From Ignavibacteriota bacterium (GTDB lineage: Bacteria; Bacteroidota; Ignavibacteria; UBA10030): DNA of 64,000 nt. Both the position numbers and the translations under genes were made by a program. Under the pieces are notes generated by a model, which searched no databases, had not been told where the DNA came from, and saw only the letters and a list, made by a program, of their open reading frames with translations. The stretch covers positions 2,816,001 to 2,880,000 of the forward strand of contig OY969585.1 in assembly GCA_963701295.1 (NCBI GenBank). The letters are read 5' to 3'. Positions 19,730 through 31,000 of the stretch are shown here, piece by piece. Within the stretch, counting starts at the first letter, position 1. Each line of letters begins with the position of its first letter.

Positions 19730-19736
19730 CAAACAA

Positions 19737-20207
19737 ATGACTTTTGAAGAAATATATAAGACTTATTGGCAGAAAGTTTTCCGTTTATGTATGGGATATG
19801 TAAACGACCACGATTGGGCGAAAGATATTGCACAGGAAACTTTTCTTACTATCTGGCAGCAACTGTCAAAATTCAGAAATGAATCATCAATAGGAACTTG
19901 GGTTTTTAGAATCGCTACAAATCATTGTTTGCGGCAGATCGAAAAGAATAAGAGAATGCCGAAAGCAAATATGCCTACAGAAATCGCAGAGGTTCCGCAG
20001 ACTGATGATAGCAATAAAATTGAATTCCTTTATAAATGTATTTCAGAGTTACCCGAAACAGATCGCATCATCATTTCACTTGAGCTTGAAGATTTAAAGC
20101 AATCCGAAGTTGCGAACATTGTAGGAATATCAGAGGCAAATGTTAGAGTAAGGATCCATCGTATCAAAGAACAATTAACGAGAAAGTTTAATAACTATGA
20201 AAAATAA
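19737..20207 (+). CDS. ECF RNA polymerase sigma factor
   Basis: AKDIAQETF..IW, TWVFRIATN, and region 4 EVANIVGISEANVRVRIHRIK. Confidence 0.92.
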   Translation: MTFEEIYKTYWQKVFRLCMGYVNDHDWAKDIAQETFLTIWQQLSKFRNESSIGTWVFRIATNHCLRQIEKNKRMPKANMPTEIAEVPQTDDSNKIEFLYKCISELPETDRIIISLELEDLKQSEVANIVGISEANVRVRIHRIKEQLTRKFNNYEK

Positions 20208-20793
20208 TATTGACTTAAAAGAATTGTGGAATAAGCAAGAAACAACAACTCCCGACGTAAAGGAACTCTTCGATAAAATAAAGAGGCTCAAAAGGAACAA
20301 CTTAAATGCGTTGATCGCGACAAATGTCGCGCTGCTTTTGACTTGTGCATTCATTGGATTTGTGTGGTATTATTTTCAGCCGGAAATGATAACTACCAAG
20401 ATTGGAATTGTATTGGCAATCATGGCGATGGTTTTATATCTATTCGCATACAATAGAATGATTCCATTATTAGTTCATGTTGGCTACGACATGAACAACA
20501 ATCAGTGCTTACAACAGCTTTTAAAATTAAAAGAGAAGCAATTTTTCCTTCAAACTACGATACTGAATATTTATTGTATCCTGCTTTCTGGAAGTCTTTT
20601 TCTCTACTTGATTGAGTATGCTCTTCGTATGGAGTTGATTTGGGCTATTGTTTCTTATGCCGTGACATTTCTTTTGATCGTGGTTGTTTGGTTCGACTTT
20701 AGACTAAGGAAAATAAAAAAACAGCAAGCAAAAATAAATGGATTAATCGATAAGCTTGAAGTATTAGATAGACAATTGAAAACGATCGAATAA
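20197..20793 (+). CDS. 4-TM membrane protein, probable anti-sigma factor
   Basis: Overlaps the ECF stop; DLKELW N-terminus followed by TM helices. Confidence 0.75.
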   Translation: MKNNIDLKELWNKQETTTPDVKELFDKIKRLKRNNLNALIATNVALLLTCAFIGFVWYYFQPEMITTKIGIVLAIMAMVLYLFAYNRMIPLLVHVGYDMNNNQCLQQLLKLKEKQFFLQTTILNIYCILLSGSLFLYLIEYALRMELIWAIVSYAVTFLLIVVVWFDFRLRKIKKQQAKINGLIDKLEVLDRQLKTIE

Positions 20794-21087
20794 AGGGTTA
20801 CACATAACAAGGCATCGCCGAAATATGTGCGTAGGCTACAGGTTCAACGCTTGTAATTCATTCACACTTTGTTATAGAATAAAATTAGAACGGAGGATGT
20901 CACAATCTGATTTCCGAAAACTATTTGTTCAGGAACTCTTCAAATATTTGATCTCTTCAAAATATTTCTCATTGGCAATCCTGAGTGACATGCTCGCGAA
21001 TGATGTACCAATGATAAGTTAGTATGTTTTCATTATCAAGCTCAGGCTACCTAATAATACGAATAGTTCTTTGGTTCAGAATTGAAA

Positions 21088-21126
21088 TAAAAAAGCGCCT
21101 GACACACTACCCAATGCCAGGCACCT
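21088..21126 (-). terminator. Intrinsic terminator downstream of bfr
   Basis: Minus strand AGGTGCCTGGCAT...GTGTCAGGCGCTTTTTT. Confidence 0.55.
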
Positions 21127-21306
21127 AAGGAGGCTTTCCCAATCGGGGAGGTTGAGATTGCAATTATAACTTATTAATCGTCTCTCTATTTGTTAACTTG
21201 TCCAAAGTGACCCTTTTGCCATCCTATCACAACCCCCGAGACATTTAGCGAGATGGCAAGCTGACCATATAGGGCATAGCGGTCATTCAATTTTTTAGGC
21301 AACGGA

Positions 21307-21786
21307 TTACTTATCGTTATCTCCGACCTGATTGGCCAGATAATTTTCTACACCTATCTGCTTGATCTGGTCACGCTGTTGCTCTAACCAATCACCATGT
21401 CCTTCTTCCATTAAAAGAATTTTGGTCAAGAGATCGGCTGTGCCAGCGTCGGATACTTCTCGCGCTTGAGTAATAGCTTTGTTATATAACTGAACAGCCG
21501 TTTGTTCCCCGTTGCTGTCGTTCGAAAGCATTGCAGGAATATCAACGCCAATCTTTATTTGATTGAGCTTGGACATGGTCGGTGATCCTTCAAGGAAGAG
21601 AATTCGCCCTATAAGCCACTCAGCATGCTTCATTTCATCAACCGCTTGTTTCTCAATAGCTTTGTGGAGTTTGGCATATCCCCAGTTATCGCACATTTCC
21701 GAATGAACCATATACTGGCTAATGGCGGTTAATTCCTCCGAGAGTAATTCATTCAGTGTGGCAAGAAGTTTTTCATTCCCTTTCAT
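21307..21786 (-). CDS. bfr: Bacterioferritin
   Basis: ELTAISQYMVH, DEMKHAEWLIGRILFLEG, EEGH ferroxidase motifs. Confidence 0.95.
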   Translation of the reverse strand: MKGNEKLLATLNELLSEELTAISQYMVHSEMCDNWGYAKLHKAIEKQAVDEMKHAEWLIGRILFLEGSPTMSKLNQIKIGVDIPAMLSNDSNGEQTAVQLYNKAITQAREVSDAGTADLLTKILLMEEGHGDWLEQQRDQIKQIGVENYLANQVGDNDK

Positions 21787-22108
21787 AATTTTTTCTCCTT
21801 CGAAGTTGTCATGTTATTCGTAGATTAAGTGTGCCATATTGTAAGGAAATTGAAATATACAAGCAACTAACAGGTAAACACCTTTTCATAAAACCGCATT
21901 AAGACATCATTTAAAAATCCAAATAAAAAATATAGAATTCGATTTGCCGGTCGCCTATATACAAGTCTTTGAAAAAATGAAAATAAAACTTTGGAATCAT
22001 CCCATTTAACCTATCTGGATCCCCGTCGTCTCTCAAAGCAGAAGCTACTTTTGCAGCAATTGTAAGGTAAAAATACAATTTCCGACAGAAAAAGAGAGAA
22101 TCTATTGT

Positions 22109-23164
22109 TCAGCATACGCTCCGATGATAATAATCTAAATTTAATTCCAGATTTATTTTATTCACTTCATTGTACAGTTGCTCGGGTTGTAAATGAGCAT
22201 AGAGCTCAGTCGTTTGCGCCGATGAGGCATGGCCTAATAATTTAGAAACTGAGTATAAAGGAACAGCAGCCTTTACAAGAGCCGTCGCAAATGAATGGCG
22301 GAGGCTATGAAGGTGAAGATTATCGTTAAGCCCGGCACGTCTGACATATCTCTTAAATTTCTGTGATACTGTTCCTTCTTTTAATTTACTCCCTTTTTGA
22401 TCATAGAAAACAGTTTCACATTCAAATCTTACAATTTGTTTTCTTTCTTTTAGCAATCTCCACAATTCCTCATTTATGGGGACGACACGGTTTCTTCTCG
22501 TTTTTGTAGTGAAAGAATCTGTATTTCTTACGAGGATCACTTTGGCATTAAAATCTACGTCACTCCACTGTAATGAAAGAAGCTCCCCCAATCTGAGGCC
22601 AGATAATATAGCCGTAAGGACTAAATCACGGAAATCAGTATCCCTGACTGCAAAAAGGAATGTTCTAAATTCACTTTCAGTGAAGTATGCAGGCACAATC
22701 TCACTTACTTTCGGTTTGGTGACTTTTCTAAAAGGATTATGTTCAAGAAAAGACCACTGCACAGCTTTCTCAAAGGCTGATGCAAGGGATATATAGTATT
22801 TCCTCGTGCTCCATTCTGAGGCTTCCACTTTTTTCACACTCAGGAAGTGTTCAATCTCCCGAATACCGATTGATTGCAGTGGTTTATCTCCCTCCACACG
22901 AATCAACTCCCTAAATGCAGTCTGATATGTGGTGTATGTTTTCTTTGTCAAAACACCTGATGCATATTCGAAGTATTGCTTTACAAAATCCGAAAGAATA
23001 ATTCTTTTAAGGTTTTGTTTCTTCTGGTGTTCTTCAACTTGGAATTGCAAAAGAAAAGCGAACGCTTTAGATTTCTTCTTGCACTTTGTCGAAACCTTAT
23101 TTCTCTTTCCGGTTTCATCATGAGAGAAGACATAATACACGCCACCAATTTTTGACAGGAACAT
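22109..23164 (-). CDS. Phage/island-type tyrosine integrase
   Basis: SGLRLGEL, KTRRNR, HSLRH, LLGH and TELY catalytic motifs; N-terminal arm-binding-like domain; no IntI-specific insertion visible. Confidence 0.93.
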   Translation of the reverse strand: MFLSKIGGVYYVFSHDETGKRNKVSTKCKKKSKAFAFLLQFQVEEHQKKQNLKRIILSDFVKQYFEYASGVLTKKTYTTYQTAFRELIRVEGDKPLQSIGIREIEHFLSVKKVEASEWSTRKYYISLASAFEKAVQWSFLEHNPFRKVTKPKVSEIVPAYFTESEFRTFLFAVRDTDFRDLVLTAILSGLRLGELLSLQWSDVDFNAKVILVRNTDSFTTKTRRNRVVPINEELWRLLKERKQIVRFECETVFYDQKGSKLKEGTVSQKFKRYVRRAGLNDNLHLHSLRHSFATALVKAAVPLYSVSKLLGHASSAQTTELYAHLQPEQLYNEVNKINLELNLDYYHRSVC

Positions 23165-23203
23165 GATACACCTCCAGAATAAGGAGATGAAAGAGAAGGA
23201 TTC

Positions 23204-23393
23204 AGTGCCTAATATAGTGCCAAGTTGATTTTTAGCGATTAAAAAAGGCGCAAAATAAAGGGGTTTTGTGTAGCTTCGAGGTGTTTAGGAAACCGCTGCT
23301 CTATCCATCTGAGCTACGGGGTCGTTGCTTTTATTCTGAATTCGGCATTTTATTTTTCAACTTTTTTCCAAAAGTGCCAAGTTTGGTGCCAAC
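23204..23393. repeat. Two tandem pairs of RGTGCCWA direct repeats (integrase arm-type sites) flanking the tRNA fragment
   Basis: Copies start at 23204/23216 and 23373/23385; each pair has a 12-bp period. Confidence 0.65.
23283..23323 (-). tRNA. 5' half of tRNA-Arg(CCT), att core remnant
   Basis: GACCCCGTAGCTCAGATGGATAGAGCAGCGGTTTCCTAAAC, then diverges; no T-arm. Confidence 0.85.
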
Positions 23394-23532
23394 TCTTTTT
23401 CTATTTTCACCTTGTTAGTACAATCGCTTTCTGTGTCATTCTGGTACTTCCTACCGTACAATTTATGACAAGCTATTTGTAAGTAATTTGATTATCGCAT
23501 GCGGAATTTTTGAATGATTTCATTGCTCTCAA

Positions 23533-23561
23533 AAAATACGAAACTTTGCTCCTCTTTGCAA
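23533..23561 (-). promoter_or_regulatory. Candidate sigma70 promoter towards the tRNA half/integrase
   Basis: Minus strand TTGCAA-N17-TATTTT. Confidence 0.35.
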
Positions 23562-23629
23562 GTGAACTCAGAAAACGGTAGTGGGCTACTTTCGATATGA
23601 CTTTTGACACGATTTTGAGAATTATTCAA

Positions 23630-23923
23630 TTATGCTTGCAGCGAGCAGTCCTTCTTGCTGTTTCTCGAATATTGTGGCTTACAAAGAATGGCAACGATCC
23701 CAATGATGATGGAAATAAAAGTTAACCATAATATTATTCTTATCATTTTGCGAATATCTTTTTGAACTATTTCGTTGTGAATATTTTGTTCTTTTATTCG
23801 TTTATGTTTTTCTTCAACGGCGGCTTGTCTAAAAGGAGATTCTGCTTGATTATAGTATGTATCAAGGATTGTTTCAAGTTCAGCGTCTGTTTTTGTTTTT
23901 CGTGTGTTCTCTATGAGATTCAC
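23630..23923 (-). CDS. Small hypothetical protein with C-terminal TM
   Basis: 97-aa ORF only. Confidence 0.4.
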   Translation of the reverse strand: MNLIENTRKTKTDAELETILDTYYNQAESPFRQAAVEEKHKRIKEQNIHNEIVQKDIRKMIRIILWLTFISIIIGIVAILCKPQYSRNSKKDCSLQA

Positions 23924-24199
23924 TAATTACATTTGATATAATTTTTCTCTAATATGAATATGAAAAACGATAATAATAAAACACTAATGTTCGCATTTAG
24001 CAACGGCTTATCAAAGAGTGAAGCTATCTCATTTCCTAAAACAATGAACGGCGGGGATAAATACTATGTAACCTGTGTTTTTCGCAATCCCAAAGCCCTC
24101 CACATTGAAGATAGAGAACGGTGGGTAGTTGTTCGCGATATCCGAAAAGGTGAAATTGTGCCGAATAGGTACGCGTTGTTTGTGGAGAGACAAGAACTT

Positions 24200-25020
24200 T
24201 GTGTGATGTGTTAATTTATATAAAGCAACTATGCAAGCCAGTATCCAATTACCGCTCCTATCCAAGTCTCTTAAGGTTCCGAACAATTATCGGCTTTATT
24301 TTATTTTGGCTTTTATTGATTTTTGCTTCAAGTTCAGATAATATCTCCTTTTTCAGTTCATCAATTTCTTTTATGACTTTTCCCACGGCTTTTTAAATTC
24401 TTCCTTTTTAGAATAATCTATAACAGAGCCATAATCTTTTACGTTTGATAAGAATCGATTTCGTATTGCAGTCAACTTAATGTCAATATTATCTAGTCCT
24501 TCGATTTGTTGTTCTTCTAGAATTTTGTATCGACCACTTATCCTCGCACTAATTCGTTTATACTTAATACCTAAATCCCTATCGCTTAAGGGTAGAATCC
24601 GTTCTTCTATTCTGCTTCCTTTAAGTTTTAATTTAAAAAAATTGAAACTCACTATTTAAGACACGTACTTTTCGAGCAAGATCAGGTTTTATTGGTGGTC
24701 GTTTCTTCAAGTTCTGTATCGCCTCGTTGATTTCTTCTTGCAACAACCGCCTCAGGAGTATGTATCGATGCTTTCTCTTGAGGGATAATAGCTTTCAGTA
24801 TCCGATCAATATCACTTTGTACAATATGAATAGCATCTGGACTTTACACCGTTGATTTTGGCTCATCTTCTATGGATTGTGGTATTGGAGAGAAAACAAA
24901 AGCAGAATCATCAAAACAAACAACTCCTATGCGAAGACTATTACACCGATAAAGTGTTATGCCTGCATCTTGTAGCTTTTTAAGAACTGAATTTTCTCCA
25001 TACCACATACGACAAGTTGT
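24200..25020 (-). pseudogene. Degraded gene (PLD-like N-terminal/coiled-coil hypothetical), with stops and frameshifts
   Basis: Protein-like fragments in different frames: RMGYGENSVLKKLQDAG...LRIGVVCFDDSAFVFSP, then LKGSRIEERILPL, then a coiled coil. Confidence 0.45.
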
Positions 25021-25151
25021 GATCAGAATGACCGTGAATAAACAATTTTTCAGATATTTCTAAAGAATTAGGAAGACGAATAGAATGATGTACTTTGTCT
25101 GAAGAAAACTTTTTGCGTACGCTAAATCAAAGATAAACTCGAAACCATTCT

Positions 25152-25982
25152 TCAAGGCTGTTGATAGACCCGAACATAATCCACGACCATTAGTTGCGGG
25201 AATGTTGTGAATTCGTTTGGACTTCCGGGCCAATCTCCACCTACGGCTACATTTAAGAGTAGGTGGAAACGCTGATCAAATGGAGATGATTTGTTTACCG
25301 AATAGTATTTATTGCCATCAACAAACCATTGAATTGAAGTCGAGTCCCATTCGACTGCAAAGACATGAAAACTGCCGGCGAAACTTGCAGAATCTAATGG
25401 CAAGGAAAAATTTCCGCCGAATTGTACATGGTTACCGTATGCATCTGCACAATGAATTGTTCCATAGACTTCCCAGGTATTATCGCCAAGACATTCCATA
25501 ATGTCGATCTCTCCACTTTTTGGCCATCCTCCATAGATATCATCAGTCGGAAGCATCCAGATTGCCGGCCAGAGACCTTTTCCAAATGGAAGTTTCGCAC
25601 GGATTTCAAACCGTCCATATTTCCAATCGCCTCTGTATTTTGTACGCATTCTTGCAGAGGTATATTGCTTGCCCTGGTACTCTTCTTTTAGCGCACAGAT
25701 GACAAGTGCCCCCTTTTCTAAATACGAATTTGAGGGATTATCTGTATAGTACTGAAGTTCATTATTGCCACCACCATTCCCATTCACTTCATACTCCCAC
25801 TTGCTTGTATCAACCTTGGTTCCGTTGAATTCGTCGTTCCACATTAATTTCCAGCCAGGCAACTGAGGAATAGAATCAGTAATAATCATTGGTGGTTGTG
25901 TAATACCATTGTCTTCTTTTTTGCATCCAACAATTAATGCAAACAAACAAATCGTCCTAATAAGAGATAGAATAATCTTCAA
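25152..25982 (-). CDS. GH16 endo-beta-1,3-glucanase (laminarinase), lipoprotein
   Basis: WPAIWML...WPKSGEIDIME; lipobox LIVGC. Confidence 0.95.
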   Translation of the reverse strand: MKIILSLIRTICLFALIVGCKKEDNGITQPPMIITDSIPQLPGWKLMWNDEFNGTKVDTSKWEYEVNGNGGGNNELQYYTDNPSNSYLEKGALVICALKEEYQGKQYTSARMRTKYRGDWKYGRFEIRAKLPFGKGLWPAIWMLPTDDIYGGWPKSGEIDIMECLGDNTWEVYGTIHCADAYGNHVQFGGNFSLPLDSASFAGSFHVFAVEWDSTSIQWFVDGNKYYSVNKSSPFDQRFHLLLNVAVGGDWPGSPNEFTTFPQLMVVDYVRVYQQP

Positions 25983-26050
25983 AGCAGAAATATCTTAATT
26001 TAGTTGTTTGATAAACTTCTCTTAACCTTATATTAAAATATATAATAATA

Positions 26051-28078
26051 TTACTTCAACAAAAGCATCTTCTTCTGGAAGGTGTGCTGGTTACTCTGTT
26101 CGTCTGTCGCTAATAACCGATACATATACAACCCACTTGTCAGCCGATGAGCATTCAGTATGGTTTGATGATAACCCGCTTCCTGTTGTTCATTAACTAA
26201 TTGCATTGCTTCCCGGCCAAGTATATCATACACCTTGAGCAACACTCGGCTCACTGTTGGCAATTGATAACTGATTATTGTCGTTGAATTAAAAGGATTC
26301 GGATAGTTTTGTTGCAGTTGATAATCCGAGGTATCTTGGGTGTGGGCGTTCACATTTGTAAATTTAATAAAGTTTAAATTAAACCCGCCTGCCAAGAAAG
26401 ATATTCCAAGCTGGTGTGTCCCAGCTGTAAGTGAATATTGGCCGGCATTTATCGAACTCCATGTTTGCCAGCCGCCGGTAATTGGAAGAGTCAGAATATC
26501 TGAAATAAAGTTTCCATCCTTCTGTAATCTGAACATGCCTCCTGTCGCATTTGCAGCAAATCGTACACTCACATCATATAATGCTGTTTCAGCAACATTC
26601 ACTGTAAAATTTAAGAATTCTCCAGTATTGATCCAGCCAACGTCGTACCCATTCGTTGGAGAATCAGAACAACTTTCAATATCCACTCCATCGTTTCTAT
26701 AGAGACCCCCAGTATTCCAAACACTGTTACCGGTTCCTCCAGTATTTTCATAGTCATTATCTCCATATGCAAAACCATTCCTTCCCATATCGTACTCGGT
26801 AGCGAATACAAAGCCAGGAATCTTGAGATTCGAAAATGGAATTGTAGCTGTCGTATAGGGCTGTCGGAAAATCGCATCAATAACATCACGACGAACCGAA
26901 CACCTATCGATATTTAAATTCATAGCTTGACTATCCAAGGCATTCACTGCGTCCTGAACACTTGGCTGCGGCATCTGATTATTCCAATATTGAATGAGAT
27001 TTTTATACCCTGCCGTCATTGGGGACGAAAGCAATGTTGCAGTGGATTCAATTTTCTTGTGCGGCCACCACGACCAACCAATTTTGTTCGCTTCAAAGAG
27101 TGCAATGCAATCTGCGAACCATTGGTTTGAATTCTCGCCTGACTCCCCGCACCAAAGCGGGACATTGGTGGAGTTGCGAAGATTGATGACCCAATTGATG
27201 GAATTCTGATCGGTTGCATTCCAATACTTATGGAAGCTATATACCATATTCGTATCCCATGGCGGCGTGAGTCCTGTGAAATCATTCGCCCATTGATTTC
27301 CCTCAATGAAAATGATATGGTTCTGGTCAACTGTTCGAATGGCATTTGTGATTGCTATGTACAAATCCCGTAACGGTTGGTTTACAGATCCGAGATCCCA
27401 TACAGTTTCATTCAATAAATCGTATCCGCCAATCCATTGTTTATCTGCATAGCGCCGTGCAAGTTCCTTCCATAAAGCCACTGTTTGTTGTTGGTATACC
27501 GTACTCTCCCATAACGACGGATAGCCGCTATAGTCGCTGATGTTGGCGCTGTTCTGACCACCTGGTGCGCAATGTAAATCTAAAATAAGATATAGATGAT
27601 TCGCCTCACACCAACTGAGCAGACTGTCGATCTGTGTAAACCCCGATTCAAGAAAAACACCGGTCTGTCCTTTAGGCGTTAGTAATTCATAATGCATGGG
27701 CAAGCGGATGGAATTGAACCCCCATCTTGCAAGAGAATCAATATCTTCTCGAGTCACATAGTTCTGTTGATACGATTGAAAAAATTGATCCGCATTCGTT
27801 TGACCTACTAATGCAACAATAATATTCCGAATTTCCGTTGGAGAATTTGCAAATCCAGCAGTTTGAAGCATATATCCTTCCGGTACGAGCCAGCCTCCAA
27901 GCCCAATACCTCGGAGAATCATTTCGTCTCTATTGTCTTTGATGATCCTCGTTCCCGATGCTCGAAGATATCCTTGAGCAACGAGAATTCCGTTTGCAAT
28001 ACAAATGCTTATGATCAAATCGAATACCAGCTTTACAAGTTGAAACATTATTCTATTGTAATTTAATAAGCTCATCAT
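26051..28078 (-). CDS. GH5 glucanase + CBM6 + T9SS CTD
   Basis: LGGWLVPEGYM, GYDLLNE, WCGESGEN; CBM6 TGGWQTW; NYPNPFN. Confidence 0.92.
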   Translation of the reverse strand: MMSLLNYNRIMFQLVKLVFDLIISICIANGILVAQGYLRASGTRIIKDNRDEMILRGIGLGGWLVPEGYMLQTAGFANSPTEIRNIIVALVGQTNADQFFQSYQQNYVTREDIDSLARWGFNSIRLPMHYELLTPKGQTGVFLESGFTQIDSLLSWCEANHLYLILDLHCAPGGQNSANISDYSGYPSLWESTVYQQQTVALWKELARRYADKQWIGGYDLLNETVWDLGSVNQPLRDLYIAITNAIRTVDQNHIIFIEGNQWANDFTGLTPPWDTNMVYSFHKYWNATDQNSINWVINLRNSTNVPLWCGESGENSNQWFADCIALFEANKIGWSWWPHKKIESTATLLSSPMTAGYKNLIQYWNNQMPQPSVQDAVNALDSQAMNLNIDRCSVRRDVIDAIFRQPYTTATIPFSNLKIPGFVFATEYDMGRNGFAYGDNDYENTGGTGNSVWNTGGLYRNDGVDIESCSDSPTNGYDVGWINTGEFLNFTVNVAETALYDVSVRFAANATGGMFRLQKDGNFISDILTLPITGGWQTWSSINAGQYSLTAGTHQLGISFLAGGFNLNFIKFTNVNAHTQDTSDYQLQQNYPNPFNSTTIISYQLPTVSRVLLKVYDILGREAMQLVNEQQEAGYHQTILNAHRLTSGLYMYRLLATDEQSNQHTFQKKMLLLK

Positions 28079-28099
28079 TTTATTTCTCTTGTCTTGCAG

Positions 28100-31000
28100 C
28101 TACTTGATGAGAACCATTCGCCTGCTTTGTAGTCGTGTTCCAGATATTAAGACTGCAACATAGATTCCGCTTGGAAGTGCTGATGCATCAAAGTTCACCT
28201 GATAGAGCTTTCCAGGATTCGCAATTTGATCAAAAAGGTCCACTACCTTTTGACCGAGCACGTTGTACACAATCAATGTCGTGCGCGCTCTTTGAGCAAG
28301 CGTAAATTCAATTCTTGTGCTGGGATTAAATGGATTAGGATAGTTGTTAAAGAGAGAAAAATCCTTTGGCTGAGTCATAGTATTATCGCGAGAATTTATT
28401 CCTGTGGAACTGGACCCATGCACCTGCATTTCATAAATTGAATATCCCCATTGCGTGGCACGCTGTATTCCGAGCATTTGTATCCACCGTGCATCAGTAG
28501 ATATCGAAATCTTTTCAGCGCCGCCTGCACCGTTCGTCTGATGGAAAACATTTGTCCAACTAGAAAAGTCCGTCGAAGTTTTAATATAATATTCCTTTGC
28601 ATACGCCGTTTCCCAAAAGAGCGTGACGTCATCAATGTGATAAACCGAATCAAGATCGACGGTTATGGATTGTGGATCGCTGAACGCAGACGACCAGCGT
28701 GTTCCCATATTACCATCTACAGCATTAGGCCCTTCTAATCCTGTACTTTCGATTGAAGAAACTATCACCGATTTATTCAATGCAAGATTGACCGGCGGTT
28801 GAGGATACACGGTCAATAGTGTCGAAAAAGAATTATTAGTTTCCACGCATTCATCCACGGTGTTATCAGGATCGACAGTGGCACCAACACTATAATTCCC
28901 AACTGCATCTGCAGTCCAAGTATTAGTGCTATTAAACCCTGTATTGCCGCAAATCAAAGCCATGCCACCTGCTAGAATCGAACTAGTAAAATTATCCGAC
29001 CAGCATACTTGTTGACCATTCACGTTGAAAGAAACCTTCAAAGGAGAACCTGCAATTGTCGCTGCTGTTCCTTGGTTCTTTACCGATGCCAGAAATATTA
29101 CTTTTTGTCCAGGCAACGGATATGGTGGTACCATTTTGATGTTGGTGATGAGCAGGTCAGGTTTCTTTGGACCTTGAGATACAGCAAAATTACCAGAAAG
29201 AGGGAGATTATCCGAAGAACCTCCAACCTGTACAATATATTTTCCCGGGTCAACTTCATACGTACTGCTGGTTTCGTTGAAGTAATAGAGTTCATCTGCG
29301 GTTACTGTGAACGTTACGGTCACCGTTTGTCCCGGATTGATTGCAACACGCTTGAATCCTTTTAATTGCTTCACGGGCATTGCTACAGATGACGATGAAT
29401 CACTGAGGTACAATTGAACCACTTCGTCTCCTAGCCGCGACCCAGAATTCGTTACATCCACGGTCACTGTTACTTGTTCACCCGGATTAACAGCGACAGG
29501 TGTAATGACAAGATTGCTATATGAAAATGTTGAATAACTCAATCCAAAACCAAATGCATATTGAGGTGTATATCCCATTTTGTCAAACCAACGGTATCCT
29601 CGTCCGTAGCCCGTATTGAAATCATCATTTTGCAGCCAAGGTGGTAGCTGAGTATCGCTCTTCGGCATCGTTACAGGAAGTTTTCCGCCAGGATTGTAAT
29701 CGCCAAAAAGAACATCGGCGAGTGCAGTTCCCCCTTCCTGCCCGGGATAAAATGCATACACCAATCCTTTAATACTTTCGGCATTGAGACCGCAGATACC
29801 CCCGCTAAAGAGAACGACAATAATATTTAAATTTACTGCAGCTAGTGCATCAATAAGATCTTGTTGCTTTCCAGGTATTTGAATCGATCCGCCAACCCGG
29901 TCAAATCCCTCACCTTCCTGACTTCCATTGAGTCCTCCACAGTAGATCACAACATCAGATGTTGCGGCAATTGTTCGTGCAGCCGCGAAGCTACTTGTAT
30001 CCGCGCTATTAATATCACAACCCTTCGCATACAGAACTTTGTTCGCACCGATCTTCGCTTCTATTCCTTGCTTGGGACTGACAGTGTAGAAAGGTGTAAC
30101 ATATGCACTGCCGGATCCATCAATTTGCAACGTCGCCGCACTGGGACCAATGAGTGCCACGCTATTGATAGTGCTTTTATTTAAAGGAAGAATATTATCT
30201 TGATTTTTGAGAAGCACTAGTGATTTGCGGCCTGCTTCCAAGCATAGCTGTTGATGAGCACTGCTATTTACATCATCGGGGTTGCCAGGAGGTTGATAAT
30301 CAAGCATCCCTGCAAGAATCTTCGTTCGCAAGACTCGACGTACTGCTTCATCAATAACCGATTGTGGAACGGTACCATTAGCAACAAGTGAAGGGAGATT
30401 GTTCTTGTAATCGTCAGAGCCCATACAAATATCGCAACCAGCTTTGATGGCATATTCAGTAGTCCAAATTGAACCCCAATCTGAAACAACATAATATGGA
30501 AATCCCCAATGTGTTTTGAGTATGGTCGTAAGCAGATTATAATTTTCTGCACACTTCTGTCCGTTAATTTGGTTATATGCGTTCATCACGCAGAACGCGC
30601 CTCCCCGCTGAACTGCTGTTCTGAATGCTAGTCCGGCATCTTCATGCAGAACACGCTGGCTCGCTGTAATATTGTTCGACGTCCGACCATTTTCCCGATG
30701 GTTCGCATTATAATGTTTGATGGTTGCAATGCACGGTGTTGACTGAATCCCTTGAACTACAGCAGTTGTGATCTGAGCACACAAATAAGGATCTTCGCCT
30801 CCAGTTTCCGGACTCCGCCCATTACGCGGATCTCGATCTATATCAAGACAGGGTCCAAGAGCTTGATGCTTTCCTTTCCCTCGAAATTCTTTTCCCATCG
30901 CCTCACCAATGCGATGTGCAAGTTCAACATCCCACATCGATGCCATCCCAATGCCAACAGGAAAGCTTGTTGCCAATCCATCGCGAACCCCATGTGGTCC

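Noticed and set aside
22109-23164. Tyrosine recombinase as the integron integrase IntI
   Set aside because: It lacks the IntI-specific insertion before the HxLRH box, has an arm-binding-like N-terminus and its own tRNA att site, and is 4 kb from attI.
23165-23284. Group I intron in tRNA-Arg(CCT)
   Set aside because: No P/Q/R/S core or 3' exon is visible; the integrase start follows within 120 bp.
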